The position numbers and the translations under genes are program-made. From Balanoglossus misakiensis (Eukaryota > Animalia > Hemichordata): a DNA stretch of 64,000 nucleotides. This document shows, in pieces, positions 36,701 through 51,700 of this stretch. Within the stretch, counting starts at the first letter, position 1. Each line of letters opens with the position of its first letter. The notes below the pieces were generated by a model. That model was given only the letters and a program-made list of their open reading frames with translations. It did no database searches and was not told where the DNA came from. Location of the stretch: positions 1,517,854 through 1,581,853 of the forward strand of contig CM082596.2 of NCBI GenBank assembly GCA_040954595.2, read 5' to 3'.

Positions 36701-39700
36701 CCCGTAGTTTCATGGGATCAGGGACCAGGTTTTGACTACAGAACGAGAGATGATGTCATGTGCATGGTACATCGACGTAGTGGAACGCATAATAAGTTGC
36801 CGTCCGGCATAACATACTCAGATATATTATCAAATCACAAGTGTTATTCAGCTAAACCACGGTTTCTTTACTATCGGTGTTTCTGTAGACAAAACTGAAT
36901 AACTCCAGTGCAGTGTGGCACTCGCGCTGTGCATGAGCCATCACTTACACTAGCCGACTTTAATTCAAACTAGCTGGTGATAATATCGGAATGCGTCAAA
37001 TTACAGATGGATTCCTAGCGCGATGGGAGAGAACAAGATATGCTTTATACTGTAAATTGAATTTAAGCGAAAATACAATCATGTACACTTAAAATGAGTA
37101 TAACGCACTGTCAAAATATTATTTGAAGCCCTAAACCAGGGTCTGCTGAAAGTATAGTCGAATCACAGGACGGTGATGAATCAAATGAGAGTAATGTTGT
37201 TGGGCAACAAATTAATGTTTATTTTATTGATTAGTTCATGATTGCTTTGTTTTCTAGGTGGTTCTGAAACCATCTAATGAAGTAGTGATTATGCTCGATT
37301 GCAGTAATCTCTTGCTTGTTGAAAAAATATCAGATGCAATAAAGCAATGGTGGAGATTGCTATGTCATAATGTGCCTTGCGTGTTTCCCACCCATTTGAA
37401 AGACTGCTTTTCCATGAAGCAAATTGCCAACCTGAGCAGGCATTGACTTCGTTTTACAGCAATTTGAAAAGCAAAGATCTATAAGTACGTCTTTAAAAGA
37501 CAATATTTCCGGCGACACACCACGAGTAAGGGCCCGCCTTTGTTAAGTTCACGGTCTCGTCTCCGTTTAGCTCCGCGTGAGTTCTTTATCGACCTGCATA
37601 ACATGTTCAGCCTCTCCTACACATGTCTTTCGAAAAGACACTAAAATGACAGGCACAGAGTAAACACTAAAAGCTTTTAGATGGAAGCCGATCCTTATTT
37701 TACAACTGCGATCGTTAAACTCAAAGTCCTAATCGATGGTAGGTAAATACTCGCGAGTTGGAAGACGCTGAAAGGATGCTGTTTATCGTCCGTGGTTGCT
37801 AGCACAGTTGGTCATAAAACAAAGGTATCATGATAATCTTCCGTTCACCCTTCGGCTAAAACATTTAATCCAATTAGAGGTAAAACATGCTGTTTATTTG
37901 GTAACACTTAGGACATCAACCTTTCTTGGTTATTTATTTATTTATTTGTTTTTTTACTTATCTGCACAGACCACAACTACCTATTTTTGTGAGCGAGAAG
38001 TTTCTTGAAATTAGCATTAGGGATAATTTCACTTGATCTGTCAGACACATCTGATATCGTATACATCATTCGAACAGATGATTGGAGTATTATTACAACC
38101 CCAAATGCATTTGAACATTTTACATAGTTCACATATTACATCTTGTAACAACTTAGAGTAGCTGCAGCATCCCAGAAACAAAAGTCTTGTTAATAACTTG
38201 CGAGATGTTTTCTGAATTGAACGAAGTTTAACCACAGCAAGAATGCGCTGACGTCGACGGACATATGGTAAAGGAACGCTCTAGTCGAGCAGGGAGCTAC
38301 AAGATGTCGTTGACTCGAGTTGCCAAAAATAGAAACCTACGTGTGGTTATGACTAGGTTATTTTACCCCAGTGATGTCTTTTGGCTCTGTTGGTAAAATT
38401 AGTGGGGAAGCCTCTCGAGCAGGCAGCGACGTTTGTTGCCTTAAGATTGTTTTGGTGCTCCCAACGTCACCTTTTGGCGGCTGGATTCCCTAATAACATA
38501 GACTGACACAACAAATGTCGAGCTTGTAAACTCAGGTCACAGTTCAAGACAAGGACACCACCTACCATTTCGAGCAACATAGGTTGGTATGTCGTACACG
38601 AACTTAATGCTCTTCTGTTTACCAGTCACCTTCCTACCGATACGGAAGGCAGTTTATCAATATTCAGTCCATGGACATATAGTATATGCCAGAGCATATG
38701 GGTCATATAGGTATTGCTCGAAATAAACAGTGTTTAATCTAATAGCGCTTTTCATTTCTCCCAGTTTTACCTTGATTTTTTAAAAGTGCAACACAATGTG
38801 AACTTTTACATTTTTTAACTTCTACGCGGTTGTCATGGTGAAGAAACAGCAATATGAAATTAAAACGTCTCCACGCAGCAAAGGTGTTTGTGTCCGTCTT
38901 CATTTAGGGCAGGATCTAGCTTAATTGTGGAGAGCTGAAAGCTCAGCCAACGGTTAAATGTGAAACGCCGAGCGAATAAACAAACTATAGAGATTAATTT
39001 TGCTGAGACACCGGCGTGGAAATACGGAGATTTGTCTTAATGCCCAGTAATCACTTGTCCAGAGGGTCGCCACTCAGCCTGCTACGGTTCGTGCATTGTC
39101 ACATGCATCAGCTAAGACTCATCAAATGAGAAATTCAATCCACGAATCTGTGCTAACTCAATTGATGACTGCCCAAGTGTCAATTCTGGCTTAATCCACT
39201 GGAAAGTCTTGAATTGTGTCTGGGATGATAATTAAACCATATTTTAAAGGGCCACTATCCGCAACTTCTTTTTTCTTTTCAGTTTATTTCTGGTTCATGA
39301 ATCAAATCCAGTTTCTTGTTCTCCTCCCTAGTATCCCAACATGCCAAGTTTTCAACTGTTGTCCTCAATTGCCATGATTTCACAAAAGACGAGAAGTGAC
39401 TGCAGTACTGGACCGGACAGAATCATCACTGCTCTGGACACGGAGAGAGATGTGAGATAAAACTGGATAGGAGTCGGTGATGTTTTGGATAAAGAAGGTT
39501 ATATTGCTGGACGAATGGAAGGTTTCTGACCTTCTGGACAGGATGGGAAGAAGGGTTCACGCTCTATACTTCTATAGACACTAGTTTGTCGGATACTGGT
39601 TTGTAAGTTTTATGCAACATGAATTAAAGTTTATCATGTTTACTGCCTCTGTCTTTATTGACACATGAAAATCAGATAACCACCTGTTCAAATTGGTTGA

Positions 39701-42700
39701 CATCTGATATCGGGTGTGAATGCTTCTTCTGGGGGCGAGAAACAAATATTGTCATAAAACATCATTACTTTATCATATTATTGTACAGCAGGAAGCAAGA
39801 CTAATTTGACAGTGACAGGATGAATTTTAAGTGAGGGTGGTAAGACAAATTGTTGCCTCAGATGTCAGCTATATACGTACATGTACAGCTGTTACAGTTA
39901 ATTAAAATTGCCAAATAAAAAGGGCAAAAATTGCGCAGTTAATACTTGGCTTTCAGCAGCAGTTCGCCATAAAAGTAAACGATGCTGATTTGTGAAATAT
40001 TATCCCTTTCGCATAGTGTGTACTGTCGATCTGACGAGTGAATATTTTCTAACAATAGGACATAACTATAAGAAAATATCAAGGACAGATGTCCCAACTT
40101 TGTGAGATCCTTATGAGTAACTTCTACAATGAGGTCAAATCAGAATATGACGAGCACTTTCCTTAAGTAGATATATCTTTAAATTAAAAGGAATTCATTC
40201 CCAATTTTAGTTATTTCTATGTTCTGTTAGTAGTAGATGTGTAATACAGGAATGATAAAAAAAGACTCGCCATGTCTAATTAAGTATCTGAAGACGTCTT
40301 TCTATCATTTCAAAAGACTACTTGGGCAAAAGGATGACAGTCTTGACAACTGAGGAAGAAGCATGTCGCTAATTGGCCAGCCAATTGAACATGCTGAAAT
40401 CATATGTGACAAGACAGGTATCGTTTAAGGCGAAATTGGATGGGTACACGGTGAAATATCGCTGTTGGCACGTCGGAGCTTTAATAATAAACTTCTCTTT
40501 CTCTCGCAGCGTCAGATATTTTTAGCGTGAGAGCCAAACGGGTGTCAAATAAATTAACTGTGGTTGACTCTTTTAATTCACAACAGAAAGATTGATATTC
40601 TGTATTGTTCTAAGATTGGATAAATTTGTTAACTCTGACGATTAAACTTGTTCATCAGCAACTCTGTCAAAACAATCAGTGAATAATGTTTCAATCGAAT
40701 GATTTGATAAGTGGGTTATACCAATGGAAGAATTTAACCAGAAGGATTAGTGACTGTTCAGTTTGTTGCCCTTCCATCTGATTGATTAGTTGCTTCATTT
40801 ATCGTTCAATTTACTCATTAGTTTTTCCATTCACGTCCAAATGTTTGACATAACAGTCACTATGCCAGGAAAGCCCTAACTACAACAAGGAGTACACAGA
40901 GAATGGGATTGGCCAAATACACAGAATTAGCCCTCCATCTCCTCGCTATTTAGACATATACATATGGTACATGTACATACATACTGGTACGTCCATACAA
41001 GCCGTGCAGTTTGGGTGTATTTTACTTTAGATGGTACATCATGTAGGATATCATGTCCAACAGTCAATATGACGTGTATTGTTCTTGTTCCCGATGCGGT
41101 GCTCTGCTGACACATGCAGACTTTTAGAGGGGCATTCGCCACAGGGTATTGGAAGTTGCTGGAGTTTATTTTGCAGGTTTATAGACGATCAATTTAGTTG
41201 TTTCAGTGTATATGCCATGTGAGCACTTGGCGTCTGACTGCCATCGTGTGAAATCTTTCCTGATCTCAGTGAACGCTTGGTGAGCATAAAATTGATTTTA
41301 TGAATAATTTATGGTCAAAACAGATGAGGCAGATGGCAGTAATTTATCATTTATTGGCATCTGTACTTGGCACCTCTAATAGGCATGGCATTCACCATTT
41401 GCACCTTACAAAACAACAAGTTTCCATCAGTTTTTTGTGTGCCTAGATCAGAGAGGTTATCTGGACTTTAGACTACAGTCAGCTGATCATTTTGCAGATT
41501 TACTGACGTAGTAAGGAAATAAAGATTGGTGACGATTGAAGAATATGGTCGCATCTAACTCATGCTGAATTGACTATTGACCTTAAACGTCATTGCCATG
41601 GCAATGGAAGGGAATTAACAACGTTGCTATAAATTTAATTCACACAGTAAACTGAAAAGAGAATCTACTCAGATTGTTCCTCTTTTGAAATATGAAAAGA
41701 CAGACTTCTTCACATACATTCGAGAAATTGCATAGAGTGAATTCAATAAAAAACGATGTAATTGAAATCTAGCATTGTCGATAAACAGTTAAATTTCTTT
41801 TAACGTAAATGATGTGCATCCCCATTTAAAAGGCTCAACCAGTCTGATAATGATCTAAATTTCACACAAAAACCTTTTATGCTTTTAAGACATTACTATA
41901 CACCAATATGATCACAGAAGAGGCAAAATATTTGTAGTTTAATGATAATATGCTATCTGTTGTATGCTGTCTTATATTTTTGCGATTGCACCAATCTTGT
42001 ATACATGTATACAGTCAAGGATGAATAAGCTAATTACTGGTTGTAGGCTAATGGAATGTTTCAGCGCACTTTAAACATAAAGCTGACAGTCTGTTCAGAT
42101 TTATTTTTAAACAGAGTGAGTATATATACACAAAAGAGACCAACATAATAAGGCTGTAGACAGAAATAAAGGCACTTTGTTCACTTGAACTCGATAATAG
42201 TCATCCTGTCCAGATGGTATCTAATAATTAACAACAAGCCAAATCCATAATTTCTGCCACAATTAAAGACAAAGCAACAAGTCTAGGAATCTAACAATGT
42301 GGACACATAAAAAACAAAACACACATCAGGGAAACATACTGCATGGACCCAAATTCATAAAACAAAGAAAAAGGTTTCGAAAAGAGTGAGCATGTACTGT
42401 TCCGCATGCACTACTCTTCTAGGTTGCCAGTATTTCAGAGTCTAAAGTAAAGTCTTTATTTCCATCATAAATATTCATGGCAATCACAGGTTAAATATCT
42501 AGACTTGGTACATGTGGCCTTTGCACTTGCTTCCAGAGGCACGAGTAATGAATCAAGGGAGACCAAAGGTCAGATAATGTCAGTTCCAGTGGCCACATGT
42601 TCCAGATTTTTCCCGGTTTTGTCATCAGTCATGCACACAACACATTCATGCGACATTAATGTGTTTTTGTTGCTTGGACATTTCATTTTGTGACATTTAT

Positions 42701-45700
42701 TGTGCATCTGTATAATGTCAGGAGTTGGTGTGAGTATCGACGTCACAGCTGTTTATTTGGCTGTAGGAGATGACTGATGGCACAGTGTAAGAAGTGGACC
42801 ACAGTTAAATTTTACCGCTAAGATTATTCCCTGCTCCTATGCCAATATTTTCTTTATTGGTACGTTGGGTAGTTAATGTCGTTATCGTTGTGCCGCAAAT
42901 ATAATATTGAAATGAAACAGACTCATCTACTAACATCACATAGAGTTCCAGTAGGTCATCCTTGACATCATTATGACAAACAGCATGCATCGATAAACTT
43001 TCAAGAGACATCTATAACTGAACATGCTCGCCTGACTATTGCGTTATTCCAATTCCAATTTAACTTTCTTAGGATCAAGCCCAGTTGATGTAAGAAACTA
43101 ATTTTAGTAACATCGCGTTTTTCCTTCAATTGGACTACCTCTTATAAGAAGGTCGCGTGGCAGAGGAAATCTAAAGCATGCAATCATGTCTGTAGAACCT
43201 GCCGTCCGCATGTTTGAAGTGTTTCTCTGTGCTAGGCTCCCAGCTGTCAAAACAACTCGTTAAAAGGTCCAGAGATTCAGGAGAAGCTGTAAAGATCGTC
43301 TTTGTGTAGTCATGGACTTTCGTGACAGCTTGACAGCGTCTTTAGTGAGGCACTTGTCTGCAAATTTACATATCGACTTTTCAATTGGCAATCCTCTGCC
43401 CCGGACATGGTCATGTAATATAGATATGTACCTAATTAACAACTCAAGTTTACTTTTTTGAATTGGTATTGTGTCAGTAGAACAGAGAGGCAAAGCCAGA
43501 TCTGAGACCAATATCACGAATAGGCAATTATATTCTTTCCTGATTTTAATTAGCCACACTTGTCCCCTTCAATATTGGAGTGAAATGGCAACTTTCAGCT
43601 TGGTTTCATCGTCGTGATCTGCTAGCAATGTTAATCCGTAAGCTTCCTCATTAGTTCATATTCAGTAAGGTTTTGGTAGCCAAATCACTTTTTGGTTTCT
43701 TACCAATCTTCTAAATTAAAAGCAAACCAATCAAAGCAACATTGCATTTTATTGTCATTCAACAAATCTCTTTTCAACCCCCTGAAATCAAAGAAATCGT
43801 AAACGAGAAAATACGAGAAAATACAAATAGTTCTCGCGGGATTCGGCTGTTGTAGTGATTCGCCGTTTTAATGACTAGTATTCCCTATCTGAATGGACAT
43901 CATGTACTGTTATGGACCCCAATAACAGAAAATTTATGATTTAATGTTCAGCACGGCGAGGTAGCAGAGGACCAATTTAATGTTTACTACCCACAGATGG
44001 ATTACCTCTGGAATTCATCGGTTCAGGAAAGAATTATTGCGCAGACGACGAACAGAATAAACAATCCCACTCTCCAGTTCTTCCTTCCCCAGGACATGAC
44101 AATTTGATGGATGCACTGACAGATATGTTTGTGTGCAACCAACTGCTTTTTACCATCAATCCAACAGAAATGTAAAATTTGAGATTAAGGTAGCAGACTA
44201 CATAGTAAACTTAGTAAATTCCTTGATTTCACTTATTTTGTACATCAATGATTTTTAAAGCAGGTTGCTCCCGCCCTGACATTTAAGTTGAAGGGTTTAA
44301 AAGATAAAATCAATTCATATTTTGAGATGGGGCAAACCACAGAAATGGCTATTAAGCCTATGGTCTATTGCATGCCTTAGCTCTTTCTCTTTGTGTATTT
44401 ATGGAACAAAATATGTCAGTTATGTTGCTGTAAGTTAAGCCTAATCTTCAGCCTTGGAAGAAAAGATACAACACTTATGAATGTGTATGGCCGTATTGAG
44501 GCAAAGTGAAAGCTATGGTTTGTAATGCAATACCTCTGGAAGTCTGAACAATGAACCTTGGAAAAGGGCTTAAAACTGGACAACTGCACTGAAAGAGTTT
44601 AAAGAAAAGAAAAATGCAAAGACGATGTTTCTCTGTCTGCATCTTTGTCTGTCTGTCTCTGTCTCTCTCCCTCTGTGTGTGTGAAGACAATATCCTTTTT
44701 CATGGAAAGTAAATTTGTAAATATGTGTACACGCATGCCAATGTTCAATAAATGTGTGCCTGGTGTTTCTGGGTTCAGAAGGAACTGTATGGAATGTACA
44801 GAGTGGAATGAGTCATTTGGACTGTGTGATACATACTTGCGAACACATGTTTGTATATTTATGTATGCATGTGGAATAAACTTGTGACCTTTGACGTCGT
44901 GTGTTGCCCTGTGTTGTTTCCAATGCAATGGTTACTCAAGTAACATGTTCAGTTGCCGTCTGGTACGCTAAGGCTACAGTGTAAAGTGCAGGCTGAGTTC
45001 GCTTCGGGTTAACCAGCTAAAATGTCCAACAAGTCTCGAGATTCCTTGCACCGAGAAGAAGTGCGAGGGAAGGCAACTCACAGCAATGCATTCACACAAT
45101 TATCAGACAACAACGTAGACATGTGACAAGGCATGAGGAAACTGAAGACTGTGATTTACGTCCATAAATAATTAAATGTCATGGCATTTGCAGGGTAGAT
45201 ACATCATGCAAAATTTTATCAAACCCGTCAAATACAAATGTCAATATCACATTTTCTGACTCACTTGTAAAGGGAGGTTTTATACTTCACTTGAAATTTA
45301 AGAAGGAACAATTTGACAAAAAGGATAAGCCAAAATGTTGATAAAATGACAATTAAATATGGCCGCTATGGTCGGCAAATTCTCGTTGCTGTGAGGACAA
45401 GCCCAAAGTGACAAGTATTTCTACCTATGAGATTGACACCTGCTTCGGTTGAATTTTTTAAATCATACTGCTGAGATCGGAGGACCCACAAATGTGTCGC
45501 ATATGGTTCAAATAATGTAAAATGTGTAGCACATCTTGTCGTTCTCAGAAATGGCGTTTACGTCGCATTATCACACTATTAAAGCACCATGCGTTGTAAA
45601 AGTGTTAAGGGTTATTTGATGGTTATAAGATATCTGGACGTGTAAGACTCAGCTGTTCGCGACACACGTCGTGTGGTTCTGACAACACAAGATGAATTAC

Positions 45701-48700
45701 TGCAGCTTTGTCGTAAATAAACTGCGCATTTTCAAGGCAAACTGTGAGAGAAAAGAGTTTTCGGGTGTATAGAAACCAGTTTGTTGAACTATTTGTGGCC
45801 TTCATGACATCACGTCATTTTGAATTTATCCTGGTCCAATCTTGAGATAATCCCTCTTTCTCTGATTTAATATAGTAGCTGTTTAAAATTCAATTAGATT
45901 CCATAGAACTGTATAATAGTTTCTGAAAGTATCGTACAATTTGCTGTTCACATTTGTGGGCACATATTCAGCAATTCAGCTATTGCTCAATTTAAGTGGC
46001 TCTTCCAAAAGTATGTATCTCCCAAATTGGCAGTTAACACTGTGCCCGGTACACATATATCATGATACTCACGTAGATCAAAACGGCCTGTGTGTTCTCA
46101 AGGACATCAGCGAAACACACTCAGTGGAGTGTAGCTGATGACTAAATATCCAATAACAAAACACAATATATTCACCTTATATTTTAAGCCAATTGTTTAG
46201 TTCAAAGTATGGTTGTGCATGATAATGGTAATCCTACCAATGACATATTCCAAGAGCGATCTCTAACTATATGAATGTGAAGGGGGAATTGGAGGACAAA
46301 AAGAGAACAAACTGATAAGGCAGACACATAATGAAAGACCAAGGTTATCACAAATTGTCATTCCTCTTACAAGATCATGTGGAATAGTAACGTTCTGCCG
46401 TTTAGTTTCAAGTCATGCAACAGTTGACCCGGAACCATAAATAATCCAGAAAATTCAGTCCTTATGGAACACCCTGACAAATATTGATAGGTCCGTGGAA
46501 ACATTTGGAAGGGCTCTTCTGTATGTACTCCCATGCAGACAAAGTCGATGAATTATTCAGGAGTACTTTCTCTCCCAGAACACCTACTTCTGTCTCTGAG
46601 TTGCGTTCTGGGCACTGTTCATCATTCATAACGGGCAACGTTAATGGTGGTAACGACAGTAGGGGCTTTCACAAAAGCAGGGTAATGTGTTTCCATGGCG
46701 ACGCCAGCAATCTGTGGGATTTGCGACCAGACGTGAATCACCTTTCAAGAGGAGGTGTGGGATCAGAGTCAAATGTACAAATCAAAGGTTTACTAATGAT
46801 GATGGTGGTGGTTGTGAGGATGATGATGATGATTATGTAATTCCTATGATGATAGTTACTGCATGTGCACTGTTCAAACTTCTTATCATCGACAAAGTTC
46901 TTGTCACGTGATGTGGACACGTCCCTTTTCCAGAACAACATCAGTAAATCCGTGTGTATCATTTGGAGTGGAAATCAATATAAAGATACAAAACTTCACA
47001 GTAAGCCTATTTGGTTTATCAAGAAACACGCCATCTTGCATTAGTTTGGGAAGGATTAGTGCATTCACCGAATGACGAAATCAGACAAAAACCTCAACAG
47101 TGATGGCTCGGTTTTGCCACGGACTGGATTCTCACAGCTGAGCAATTATGCACCATTGCAAATGCGGTTATGAGATTTGAGTCTTTGAAGTGAAATAAGC
47201 CATCGCTTACAGTGTTTGGCGTTGCAGACCTGTCGAGACGAAAGCCGACTTTTCTGATGACATAAGAGCAAATGTTATCAGAGGAGTATGTCAATTTCAA
47301 TAATTACTATCAATATGAAATTTACACTCGCCTAACATGGAAATGAAACACCACATTTAAGACAATTTATCTCTCTCCTGAAAATTTATACCAGAGATTA
47401 CGTCATCCAATAGTTCTAAGTTGAGGAAAGTCGGGCAGTTATTCGGATATAATTACAATATATGTATATTTACGGTTGATCTGGTAGCGAAGAGAGTTAC
47501 ACAAGCTTGATCGATTTTCTGATTTGCTATTTTTGATAAGGCCGGGCACAGAGCATATAAATCCTTATCTAGTGTGATGGTAACGGTGCAGTGGATTCAC
47601 AGACTTATCATTTTGTCCAATAAATTATCGGAACTTCTTAGAAGATGCGGTCAAATATTAGCTCATCTGTTGAGTCTGTGCAGTGTCAGAGGAATTTACC
47701 TTCATCTGACAAGAAGTCTCTGGTGTGGTTGGGTCAAAAGTGGCCGTATTTTATTGAGGCATGGGTGAATTTCGGTCAGTGTCCGGCGACAAATCCAGAC
47801 TGTGCTGCAATAGGGGCGGTTGTTTTTCATCTAAATCAGGGTATTGAACAGCGACCCGAAGTCATTGCTGGCATATTTCACAAATCTCAGTAGAGCTGGC
47901 ACCAAATCATTCTTGTTTTCAAATGCATCTCATCAATGTAGACGTGCTTTTCAGAAATCCTACAGAAATAACAAGGCCTGTGTGGCTTCAATAACTCCAG
48001 GTGGCATGCTGGCCTGAAAATGTTCTTGTGATGGGTCCCGCCGTTGCCAAAGTAACAGTGGTAATTAAAATAGATCCGCAATCTGGGGATGACGACAGAG
48101 CATTAATTGTTTTTCAATTTTACTTTGGAAACACAATTCTGCAACAAATCTTAAAAGCCATTGATTTTGCTAGGCTTTGCCAAAAAATTGCTTCGCACAA
48201 CTGGATGAATGATGTAAAATATGATGAGTATACACATGTTTTCTCGTCATAGATTGATGATTACAGATTTACTTGTACGGTTTCATGATTTTGGAGGATT
48301 CAATTTTCAAAACCTGTTTCCAATAGCGGTACACTTGGCATGAACACTGCGAGCTTAAAGATGTAGGCAATAGACTGTGGGTTTTCACAGCTTCGCTGCA
48401 GGCAGTTAGGATTCAGACAGACGAGTTAGAAGAACGCGGTCGTTGATTGGTTTAATGGTCTAAGGATGGCATCATGGTTGCTTGCTGCTAGAACGACATA
48501 TTTCCATGGGAAGAATCACAAATTGAAGTTAAATTGCCATTAAACTTGGTCGTTTGTAGTAAATCTTGATTTCTGTGAAAGGGTGAGTTAGCGAGGCTTA
48601 TGTGTCGTCTGCTGCACAGACTGCAAAAATGGTGATTAGGGCATGTTGGATGCCTTCATCGATAAAACCCAGCCGTGTATCGTATCACTTGCTGACCATT

Positions 48701-51700
48701 TCCATCTGTTTCTTGTGCATTATAAAGATAACATCTGACCTCATTCGAATACAATTATAGAAAAGGAGTCGATTTGGCTTTTTTATTTGATTATTTGTTT
48801 GTTTGAACTCTTTACTCGGCTTGAACAAATGGCAGGCCTGGTCATAGGAAAATTCATCGCATATTTGGAAGTATCGAAATTTTCAGACTACTTATTGTTA
48901 CAGCTGCTAATCAATGCGGTTGGATGGTGGTTGTTTCAGCTGGCTGATCAAACTTGTCAGTTAACGCTTATATACATGTAGAAGCACACCATAGGAGCCG
49001 CCCATCACTTTTTTTCATTAACACATGTTGCAGTATATTTTTCAGCATTGAGTTTACTCTTGCAATTAAGTTTAGAAAGAGCCCTACGTGGGCTTAAGTG
49101 TATAAATGATATATAATCAATGTTATCAGAAGAAATGGGCATTTAGGGAGCATTTTAGAGAAGACCCATACAGTTTAAATGTCCATTTCCTTAGTAGCTC
49201 AGTTCAAGGAGGGTGAAAGTAAATCGGAAACATGAATCTTTTTGGGGAATCAATCAGTCATAAAACTGGTTCTAACTAGTACATTATCGTTAAATTAATT
49301 GGCATAGATGGCCATTTTAATAGTATCCCTGACCTCACATCAAAAGGTTTGGACACTTTTTCAGGGTTGTAAGGTCGCTTCTCATTGGATAATGGCATTG
49401 ATACATAAACTTTCCACCACATGTACAAAATAATGTTGTCACCAGTTGACAATAACTACAACTGCATAGTATCGCTGCCTCAGATTTCCCTGGTACTTTT
49501 GTGACATAAAAGTTGCATGCAATCTGTCAAATCCAATCCTGTCCAAACCCTATCCTGTCCAAAAGGTCCTGAAAGCTAACTCTTCCTAACCCGGACAGCA
49601 GTTTAAACTTACAAAAAATTGCCTAAACTGTTTCCTGTCTCCAAACATTCACTGCTAATTAAAAGTACATTTTGTGACGTGTGCAATACGGATTGTTTTC
49701 ATGCATAAAACTATTTTGATGGCGTTTATAACGTGCCCCATCATGATATAAAATAATATTAACCAATAAAACTCTGAGATGTAGAGACAATCGTGCCATA
49801 GATTTTCAACTTTAGGGACGTTTTATTAAGTTTGTGAAAGCACTTGGTCAATCTATCATTTGGTTTGTGACATTGAATCTGAGGCAATGTCATCAAGTCA
49901 TGTGACCCTGCACTTGGGGGAAAACCACAAACCGCGTCAATAAATGTCATTTATACACACATAATGCGCCCCTAGTATACTACAGATTCAGCTGCATTCT
50001 CGGAAGAAGAAAAACGCCCACGAAAAGTCAACCTGAGTAATTGATGGCCTCCAAAAATACCACATCACTGAATCTGTCACGTGACGTGGCAAGCACATAC
50101 CAATTTGCTGGCAATTAATTGCTGCTTATTTTGGCTCTCTCTGGTGAAAACGTTTAGAAGAAATATGCAAAAGATAATTATTTGCTCACAGAAAGCTTTG
50201 ACTTTAATTATTTAACAAGAAAACTTCGATGACAAATTATACTGAATTAAGGGTTTCTACAATGGCTCACTATATATATATGCTATTAAGTAAAGTGCAT
50301 TTTATAGAACGTAAAAAGCAGAGCGCAAACGCCAAGGTAAGCGATCATATATGAGTCCCTTTCTAAGGGATAATTACAAAGCTAAACAGCTCCATATTTT
50401 ATTTTATTTTTAAATTACGACATTAAAAGGTATGGTATGTATAGCTTTCGGCTGATTAGTTAATTGCTTAATTTGACAATTGAAGTAAGTCAAGAAATGC
50501 CCACGCGAACATGGCATCGTTTGATGTGCTTGATTGGTCTTCTATGGTACAATGTTGTATAATGTCTCAGAGTTTTTTCTTGATGTGTTTGAAGTGGGAA
50601 CGCAGAAGGGTTTGGAGAAAAGTGCCTGTTTTTAAATTACGTGGTTATGGGGAATGCTTTGCCTTGCGTGATTCATGTGAATGCATCCAAGTGTTTGGCG
50701 TACAAAGAATAAAATCACTTCCATGCCACTATCGTCAACTTTTATAAGCGGTTTCATTGACTTGCCACAAAGCCGCAACCGTGTCAGGTGTGAATCTTTA
50801 AGGCATACAATGCGCCGTGTTACTCAAAGGTCCTCGTTTTCACCGACATTCAACATGAACGCGAAAGTGGGACGTACAATAAACCGACGTTAATGATTCA
50901 CTTTATCTTCTATACAGGCAGCGTAATTGCACACAGTGGTTTCGTCAAAAAAGTAACGAATTGTTCCCGCGAAAATTCAATTATCATCCTCCAAAACACT
51001 TAAGAGGTTGCCATGAAATCTCGTCAGGTGCTCTTTTAAAGCCAATAATCACTTTACTCCATCGTCAAACGTACACTATTTTCCTTTAATGGTGCTAAAG
51101 TGTTAATTACTCTGTGTGTGGATAAAAAACGACACTGTTTCCATGGAAACTGATATTATATTGGTTACGCAGAGCTTGTCGAAGCAAAGGCATCTCATTG
51201 ACAGGGTTCATACACCTAGAGCAATTCAAAATTCCAGGAGTTTCCAGGAGATTTCCAGTAATTTTCCAGGAGTTTTTGTGGTAAAAATGCCATTTTCCAG
51301 GGTGTTTTACGCAACAAAACTGTGCAACTTTACTATTACTGTTACATTCATATGCACTTGTAATTCGAGTTTAACAAATCATTTAAAGACTTTTGACTGT
51401 GATACTAGTACAAATTTCAATGACCTCCCCATGAAGACCTAGTAAAACAATTTTCACCCAGAGATCACCTGGGTTCCTAAATCATTTAGCATATTTGGCT
51501 AAAATTTAAGTGACCCCCCCCCCCTGGATTTTGCCGCCACCCCTCGGCCGTAAAAACTGAACAGTCCCTAAAGCAATGATTTCTGTCTTGATAAAATCGA
51601 CAAATTACTGATGGAAATTACTGCTGAAAAAAACCCACAAAAAACGCCTGCCTTTTTTGCTTCTTTTTGACATCACTAATTGCCCTTGAACATCGATCTT

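Noticed and set aside
39243-39265. Isolated TTAAAGG/TTAAGG Kolobok-like ends (also ~9105-9118 and ~44185)
   Set aside because: No matching partner terminus found; too short to call.
39390-39670. Compositionally distinct segment resembling a solo LTR
   Set aside because: No TG...CA boundaries with a matching TSD and no second copy in the window.
47560-48260. Overlapping short ORFs suggesting a nested gene or retroelement fragment
   Set aside because: The frames examined are interrupted by stops and show no recognisable protein motif.
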